From an uncultured Gammaproteobacteria bacterium (lineage in GTDB: Bacteria; Patescibacteriota; Patescibacteriia; UBA9934): a stretch of 64,000 nt of DNA. This document shows positions 57,827 through 64,000 of this stretch, piece by piece. The stretch spans positions 135,687 to 199,686 of the forward strand of contig CAZREA010000001.1 of assembly GCA_964599455.1 (NCBI GenBank), read 5' to 3'. Made by a program: the position numbers and the translations under genes. Numbering within the stretch: the first letter of the stretch is position 1; each line of letters begins with the position of its first letter. Under the pieces are notes generated by a model that had not been told where the DNA came from, searched no databases, and saw nothing but the letters and a program-made list of their open reading frames with translations.

Positions 57827-58403
57827 CTAAGCGGCTTGTTCCTGTTGCTCGGTGTCCGTGATCGGAAAAAGCACTTCTCGATTTTGTAAGGCAATGATCG
57901 GTACCGTTCGTCCCGCAAAGGTCCGCTCCGATAATCTCCACTCCACAGAAGTGATCTGTTCGATACCCGGTCGACGCTGAAATACTTCGACTACCTTTGG
58001 GAGATCTTCCACCACGATATTGCACGCCTTACTGTCGCGTCGGGCATCAATCCCGTGCCTCCAGACACCTGTCACTGTCCGCATAGCAGTCAGCGGCAAC
58101 GTCGCGAATCTATGATGCCACGGGGGCGGTAACTTTATCGGAGCTTTTCGTTGACCAAGACCGATCATGCGCAGCCCGGACCACACAAACACGGGTACAT
58201 TGTCCTTCTCGATGAAATCACCCGCAACACCCACAAGCATGCTTGCCAGCGGAACAGCAGAGTCGATTTGCAATACTTCGACAAGCTTATCTACATACTG
58301 GCGTAACCCAATCTCCATACGCCGTCCATCCGATGGACGCAAGGGATCGGTGATCACTACGCACAAATCACCAACCAAAAAAGACGATTCTTCCAAAGCT
58401 CAT
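57827..58403 (-). CDS. Hypothetical protein; probable frameshift at the T6 run (58377-58382)
   Basis: ATG 58403 gives MSFGRIVF and joins the long ORF (LVGDLCVV...) if one T is removed. Confidence 0.55.
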
Positions 58404-58484
58404 AAAAAACAAAACCGCGCGCCCACGATCGACGAAGACATCACCAGGTGACATCTTCGCCGTGTAAGCGCGCGACGGGTGAAC

Positions 58485-58946
58485 TTAGCGGGCACGAAGG
58501 TTGATGATCGTCCCTACGATCACGAGCAGGTACCCGAGCGGCACCGGCACAAGCAGGAAAATGGCGGTCAGAAGCTGGAAAATACCATTAACAAGTTTTT
58601 CCAGCCAATTCCTCTTCCTGATGCTGAAATTCGGTATGTCCTCCTGGACCACCGCTCTCATGTTGTCCACATGATGACCTATCACCTCGAAGAACAAGCT
58701 GAGGATGATCAACAGCGGAAGGAAAGTCCCCACTGCGATCATGAGGCCACCGTGATGGGTAGCGTGGATCATTGATGGCGTCGCCATTACCACGCCACCG
58801 ATCGCGAGCAGTACCACCGTCGGTACTCCGAAAAACAGCGGACCAAGACCACTACTTGGAGCACCCTTGGAGCGAAAGATCATGTACCAGGTCCAACCTG
58901 CGACCAGCACTGCCAACAGAATAGCGATATATCCGAGCTGAATCAT
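58485..58946 (-). CDS. Four-TM orphan membrane protein
   Basis: SD GAGGTG before ATG 58946; four hydrophobic segments. Confidence 0.7.
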   Translation of the reverse strand: MIQLGYIAILLAVLVAGWTWYMIFRSKGAPSSGLGPLFFGVPTVVLLAIGGVVMATPSMIHATHHGGLMIAVGTFLPLLIILSLFFEVIGHHVDNMRAVVQEDIPNFSIRKRNWLEKLVNGIFQLLTAIFLLVPVPLGYLLVIVGTIINLRAR

Positions 58947-59089
58947 CTGAGCACCTCTTCGAAAGGGTTCTATCGACCAGAAAGCCGACGTCTTAATGTA
59001 GGAAACATCTTCCCTTTCGTCAATTTTGGTTATCGGTAAAAACAGGAACGCCGTCGAGCACAAGGCTCGACGGCGAGGAACGCGACGTA

Positions 59090-59407
59090 TTACTTGTCGT
59101 CGTTTCCCAACACGCCCCAGCGACGGAGAATTTCCGCCATCGAGGCCAAGGGAACAACGCTGACAAGCGCGTCGTTGATTGGCCCGAGGATCGCATCGAC
59201 GACCATCGGTCCGACTGCGGGGGCAACGAAGTTCAGCAGGCCGAGGATCACATTCATGACCCAATCAATCGGCCAACCGATGGCGATGCCCAGCACCAGC
59301 CACGCCCAGTGGCAGGTTTGGATTTTTTGCGCCAGGCCACGCAGGATGCCCTTCTTGGCCTCCTGTGCGACCTGTTGCGCAAGTTGTTGCTTACCGGAAT
59401 TCTTCAA
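59090..59407 (-). CDS. Small orphan membrane protein
   Basis: SD GGAGGT with TTG start; hairpin CGCCGTCGAGC/GCTCGACGGCG downstream. Confidence 0.65.
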   Translation of the reverse strand: MKNSGKQQLAQQVAQEAKKGILRGLAQKIQTCHWAWLVLGIAIGWPIDWVMNVILGLLNFVAPAVGPMVVDAILGPINDALVSVVPLASMAEILRRWGVLGNDDK

Positions 59408-59558
59408 CAGACACCTCCCTTAAAGACTCACAAAGTAAGTATTTAAGGGAAACGTTTTGAACAATATATGATAACAAAAAATACTGTTTTCGTCCAATAG
59501 AAAGATATCATCACACATTCTTGCTCGTCGTAATAATGACCGCTACCATGGGTACACT

Positions 59559-61235
59559 ATGACGCAAGAGGAAGCACTTTCTTTACTCAAAACTGGCGTA
59601 AATATTTTTTTAACTGGTGAACCGGGTTCGGGCAAAAGCCATACTGTACGCACGTATGTACAGTATTTACGCTCACATGGTATTGAACCGGCCATTACCG
59701 CATCAACGGGTATTGCTGCTACGCACATTGGTGGCATGACTATTCATTCCTGGAGTGGTATTGGCATCAACAAATATTTGTCAGCAAAAGAATTGCAAGA
59801 AATTGCGAGCCGGGATCGCCTCGTGAAGCGTATGCTCGCAACGCACGTGCTCATTATCGATGAAATTTCCATGCTCAATGGCGCAACACTCAACTTGGTT
59901 GATGTAGTGTGCCGAACAATCAAACGAAAAGATTTACCGTTTGGCGGCATGCAAATTATTTTTGTGGGTGATTTTTTTCAATTGCCACCCGTTACCCGTG
60001 AAGGTAAGGCGCCTGCACAATTTGCTTTTGATGCACAGGCGTGGAAAGCGGCAAATCCGACTATTTGTTATTTATCCGAACAGCATCGACAAGAAGATCC
60101 CGATTTTCTTGAAATCCTTGCCGCAATACGTACAAATCGTATTGAAGAACACCATAAACTTCGTTTACAGGAGCGTCATCATCGCGATACTTCCCTTTCT
60201 GATATTACAAAACTCTTCCCTCATAATGCAGATGTTGATCGCATAAACAATGAACATCTTGCACGTCTTCCCGGAACTGCACGTGCGTACACCATGAATG
60301 CACATGGCAATCCGAATCTTATCGAGCAACTCAAACGGGGATGCTTGTCACCTGACATCTTGCAGCTGAAAAAAAATGCACGCGTCATGTTTACCAAAAA
60401 TCACCCCGAGAATGGTTTTGTGAATGGCACCACCGGCGAGGTCACTGATTTTGCCAAAGAAACCGGATACCCGATCGTTACGTTGCGATCAGGACGGACG
60501 ATTGAAGCTGTTCCGGATAATTGGGCAATTGAAGTTGATGGCAAAGCCTTGGCCGCAATTACACAATTACCTTTACGTCTTGCATGGGCGATGACCGTGC
60601 ATAAAAGCCAAGGCATGTCGCTTGATGCCGCATTTGTTGATTTGTCCGGAGCGTTTGCTTTTGGACAAGGATATGTTGCGCTTTCGCGTGTGCGCACCCT
60701 TGCAGGACTTTTACTGGGAGGATTAAATGCACGTGCGCTCGAAGTTGACACCCGAGTCCTCGAGCAAGACAACATATTCCGCTCGGCATCGAATGAGGCA
60801 CAACACGTCCTGCACACCACCGATGGGATTGAGTATAAAAAACTCCACGAAACATTTATTACCACCTGCGGCGGGACACTTGTGGCAAAAATACTCATTC
60901 CAGGAACATCGGTTAGAGAAAAACCGAAAAAAGAAAAACGCTGGGAACAAACTCTGGCGCTTATTCTTGCCGGAAAAACCGTCACCGACGTAGCTAAGGA
61001 ACGAGGGCGAACCGAAGGCACGATCCTCGAACACCTTGAGGATCTCAAAACACTTGGCACCTTACCGCTCGAAAAAATTACCCACATTTTGGTTCTTGAC
61101 CCCGATGACGTCAACGAGATTCATCATGCCTTTCAGAAATGTGCAGGCGATCAGCTGCGGCCGGTACATGACTTCCTTGAAGGCCGATTTTCCTTTGAAA
61201 ACCTCCGATTAGCTCGACTTTTTCTGAAACATTGA
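59559..61235 (+). CDS. PIF1-family DNA helicase with C-terminal HTH
   Basis: GEPGSGKS, TASTGIAA, TIHSWSGIG, IIDEISM, FGG.Q...VGDF.QLPPV, AWAMTVHKSQG, YVALSR. Confidence 0.95.
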   Translation: MTQEEALSLLKTGVNIFLTGEPGSGKSHTVRTYVQYLRSHGIEPAITASTGIAATHIGGMTIHSWSGIGINKYLSAKELQEIASRDRLVKRMLATHVLIIDEISMLNGATLNLVDVVCRTIKRKDLPFGGMQIIFVGDFFQLPPVTREGKAPAQFAFDAQAWKAANPTICYLSEQHRQEDPDFLEILAAIRTNRIEEHHKLRLQERHHRDTSLSDITKLFPHNADVDRINNEHLARLPGTARAYTMNAHGNPNLIEQLKRGCLSPDILQLKKNARVMFTKNHPENGFVNGTTGEVTDFAKETGYPIVTLRSGRTIEAVPDNWAIEVDGKALAAITQLPLRLAWAMTVHKSQGMSLDAAFVDLSGAFAFGQGYVALSRVRTLAGLLLGGLNARALEVDTRVLEQDNIFRSASNEAQHVLHTTDGIEYKKLHETFITTCGGTLVAKILIPGTSVREKPKKEKRWEQTLALILAGKTVTDVAKERGRTEGTILEHLEDLKTLGTLPLEKITHILVLDPDDVNEIHHAFQKCAGDQLRPVHDFLEGRFSFENLRLARLFLKH

Positions 61236-61260
61236 CAAAAAAAACAAAAGTATGCATACT
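61232..61260 (+). promoter_or_regulatory. Promoter of the cold-shock gene
   Basis: TTGACA-17 bp-CATACT. Confidence 0.6.
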
Positions 61261-61283
61261 GGAGTCTTAATATTATTTTTACT

Positions 61284-61481
61284 ATGACGGGAACGATCAA
61301 AACGTTGACAGACAGAGGGTTCGGTTTTATTCAGGCAGAAGGCCAAGCAAAGGATCTCTTCTTCCACAGCAAATCACTCATTGATGTGATGTTTGACGAG
61401 TTGCGTCAAGGCGACATGGTTTCCTTTGACATCGAAGATGGTCCGAAAGGCCCTGCCGCTGTCAACGTCCGTCGCGCATAA
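61284..61481 (+). CDS. Cold-shock protein
   Basis: RGFGFI, DLFFHS, GPKGPAA.NV. Confidence 0.95.
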   Translation: MTGTIKTLTDRGFGFIQAEGQAKDLFFHSKSLIDVMFDELRQGDMVSFDIEDGPKGPAAVNVRRA

Positions 61482-61489
61482 AATCAACC

Positions 61490-61526
61490 AAAAAATCACC
61501 CTGCGTATATCAACGGGTGATTTTTT
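61490..61526. terminator. Bidirectional terminator
   Basis: AAAAAATCACCC/GGGTGATTTTTT. Confidence 0.85.
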
Positions 61527-61528
61527 AT

Positions 61529-63316
61529 TTACTTTTTCTTACTAAAGAATGTAATCACCTCTTCAGCAAGTGCAGGGTCAGCAAACAATTTCAAAATTTT
61601 AGATTTCCCTTGTCGTCTGTTGACTCCGGAGTCTCGAAAATTTCCTATACTGAAATGCTCAGGTTGTTCGCGCTGGAAACGCAAAATGGTTCCTTCAATT
61701 CTATCAACATCATGTTTTTTTCCACCTGGACGCAAAGAAATTTCCTCAGCAATAGCATTAACCGTTTTCCAACCAAGCGGAGCTGTTTCGCGAATCATCT
61801 TTTCCGTAACCGCTGAACAAAGTTCAGGGGAATAATGGGTGCGCAGATTGAAAAGATTATTTTGCTGATCACGCACACTCACCCCTCCTGTTCCAAGATA
61901 GCGATTTATTTTCCAAGCTTTTGTTTCTGCTTCGGGGCTTCCTAACAATTCTTGGAGCGTGTTATCAACGGTTACATTATCTACACCCTCTCTTCCCTGA
62001 GTTGTTAACTGCTCACTAATGACATCAGTGACTCCAGACAATGTTTTCCATTGGTCATTTGGCTTGGAAAGTACAACCAGTAGATCAATCGCTTTCTCTA
62101 CAAATTCGGGATCGTATTCATACAGAGTGTTCCCTGTTCTTCCAACCTCTGCTCTCTCTCGACGATACGGAAGATCAGCAAACGCAGGCAACGTTCTCAT
62201 TTTTTCAAAAAGACCTACAAGAACAGCATCTTGAAAGCCAATACCGTAATCGGTTTTCAAAATACGAAGAATACCTTTTGGCGTTAAATAGTCTTTACCA
62301 ATGTGCGTTTCTGGTTCAGGTTGATTCGTCAGATAATGCTCAACAATGGCACGCCACTTTTCCAAATCCCCGGGATAACTAATGCGACGAGCATCACTTC
62401 CTAAAAACTTCCGCAAGGCCCTCTTTGTCATCTGACTGAGCTGTTTGAAAGAATATTCCCGTTGCACGACAACAAATGTCGCCTCGCCATATTTATCATT
62501 TACAAACACGATTCTTCCTAACTCAGGAAGAATAAAAGCGTGATATGGGGTATCGCGCATGGAAGTAGCATCAACCTCGCCGACAACTTCGCGATAAGAG
62601 TACTTCATGTCATCCAAAAGCATTCGCAACGCATCGACCCGCGGAGCTCCTAATCGCTCCATCCATTCATCGGTCATGCTGCCAGGCACAATCGCACGTT
62701 CCATGGCATCAGGTGGGAGAATAACCCAATCCACTTCCCCTTTTTCAATTTCATTGTCTTCTTTATCAACGGTTCTCTGTTCATCTTTTACTTTCTCACC
62801 CCTCTGTGCTTGTTGAGCTTCGGTCGGGCGAAACAAATCTGATGATGACATTGCTGGTACAACAAAAGGAACAGCATCTGGAAGCAAGGTGGCAAGTGCA
62901 GCTTCGAGAATCAGCAGCTCTTGCATCTCTACGCGAACAGATACAGAAAAAATGCTTTTTTGTTGAGACGCAACAAGGGCAGCGCGACGCTCTGCAAATT
63001 CTTCACGCAATACTTCTGCTTCTTCTTGACGTTGTGCTGCATGAGTAATCTTTTGTATTTTCAAAAGGTCGTCCCACCATTGTCGTTGCAATAATAATCC
63101 TTCTTATCGAAAAACTGCTTCCCTATATTGCGGATGTCTTTGTCCAACCACTTCAATTGCTTCGGTAACGGCAATAATGCCATCAATCTCCGGTGTTCTT
63201 TGAACAAGATACCGAGAGATATCAGCAAAGCGTTCTTCGGCAGCTTTCCCATCTCCGCCCCTTGTCGGGGTCATCTCCGCACCAGGCCTTGGCGCTCCAT
63301 CACGAAATTTCGACAT
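61529..63316 (-). pseudogene. ~595-codon hypothetical gene with three C-terminal repeats, interrupted by an in-frame TAA (63104-63106)
   Basis: ORFs 63104-63316 and 61529-63091 are in the same frame: ...EAVFR*EGLLLQRQWW... Confidence 0.7.
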
Positions 63317-63598
63317 AGCTTCTTCTATTATAAAACGTTTCCATCTAGATCATCAATCAAAACCCTGAATTACTCCGTGTCATCGATAACGATCATTTTC
63401 GTCACATAAAAAAGAATAGGGAATCCCCTTCTGTTCCAGGTTTGAATGAATTTTTCATTATGAGTAAAGTCTCTAATATTAGCCATGTTATCGACTCTTA
63501 CCCTTGTAAAGATGGCGAATTTCTGCTATAATTTCTCGTTAAGCTGGATCTTTTTCCAGTGTCCATTTCGTTCTCATGATTCTGTATCGTGATAACCA

Positions 63599-63820
63599 AT
63601 GGGCAAATTCCACGCCCTTCATGGAGGTTTAGTGACAACGAATCTTCTTCGCGATCATTACCACCGGCCGGCCTGGCACGGCTGGCTGCTCGTGGGCGGC
63701 CTCTTCTCAGCTTTCATGATCTTCACCTGGTTTCACCACCTCTCGTCGCAGAAGGGACCGATCTGTACTGAGCAGGGCGAGATGATCCCCTGCCCGGCAG
63801 AGTGGCTCCGACAGAAGTAG
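63599..63820 (+). CDS. Small single-TM orphan protein
   Basis: Promoter TTGTAA-17 bp-TATAAT (63504-63532); TM followed by a C..C pair; start uncertain. Confidence 0.55.
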   Translation: MGKFHALHGGLVTTNLLRDHYHRPAWHGWLLVGGLFSAFMIFTWFHHLSSQKGPICTEQGEMIPCPAEWLRQK

Positions 63821-63936
63821 TACCCTCCCGTCCTCAGACCCGTTCAGCGCGAACGGGTCTGAGGTCCATCCGCATGCATGATGTCTTCCTCCACATCGTG
63901 CCTGCAGATGGGACTTCAATTCACTCGGAGGAAAGT

Positions 63937-64000
63937 ATGTGGGATTTTTTCCAAGCGCTACGCAAACTCCTGACCGGAGAAGAAGAAAATCTCCCCTTCG
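63937..64000 (+). CDS. Start of an ORF running off the window (MWDFFQALRKLL...)
   Basis: SD GGAGG before ATG; open to the window end. Confidence 0.55.
   Translation, partial: MWDFFQALRKLLTGEEENLPF

Noticed and set aside
50918-63106. Stop-codon reassignment suggested by two in-frame TAA codons
   Set aside because: TAA, TAG and TGA all end conserved genes at the expected positions here, so these are nonsense changes or errors. Code 25 is also unsupported.
63370-63486. 38-codon minus-strand ORF MANIRDFTHNEKF...
   Set aside because: Too short, with no recognisable family; may be a gene remnant.
1-64000. CRISPR array, rRNA, tRNA, IS transposase
   Set aside because: No regularly spaced repeats, RNA-gene signatures or transposase motifs seen by eye. 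A tRNAscan or cmscan run would be needed to exclude them fully.

Overview
Bacterial chromosome segment, most likely from a Patescibacteria/CPR organism (Parcubacteria/ABY1-like). This is an inference from SD-less AT-rich start contexts, a PIF1 helicase and CPR-typical surface and Cys-rich domains. Standard code 11. No rRNA, tRNA or CRISPR array was seen. Layout: (1) 1-16.6 kb holds a pseudoknotted ncRNA candidate, a large serine recombinase and a visibly GC-richer copper/heavy-metal island (two P1B ATPases, multicopper oxidase, CDF, DsbA, CsoR with a near-canonical operator, ArsR). Each of its two divergent operons has a small exported Cys/His protein at or near its head, whose stop codon starts a hairpin covering the next gene's initiation region: candidate CutF/CruR-like nascent-chain sensors. 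(2) 17-26 kb and 34-40 kb are arrays of small accessory and stress genes. (3) 26-34.4 kb is an unusual NAD-centred locus: NrtR with two operators, NAMPT with a structured leader, eukaryote-like NMNAT fused to a PRTase, an Asp/Glu racemase, a NadE-2OG/Fe(II) oxygenase fusion and a tandem NDT-like protein. (4) 40-64 kb carries housekeeping genes (HI0933 flavoprotein, ABC exporter pair with MarR, TruB, TrhO, ABC-F, Gre factor, PIF1, cold-shock protein), interspersed with GC-rich SD-led orphan cassettes, a HEPN protein and a DinJ-YafQ pair whose toxin has an internal stop. Four frameshifts fall in homopolymer runs and may be assembly errors. All product calls come from motif recognition by eye; no database searches were run.
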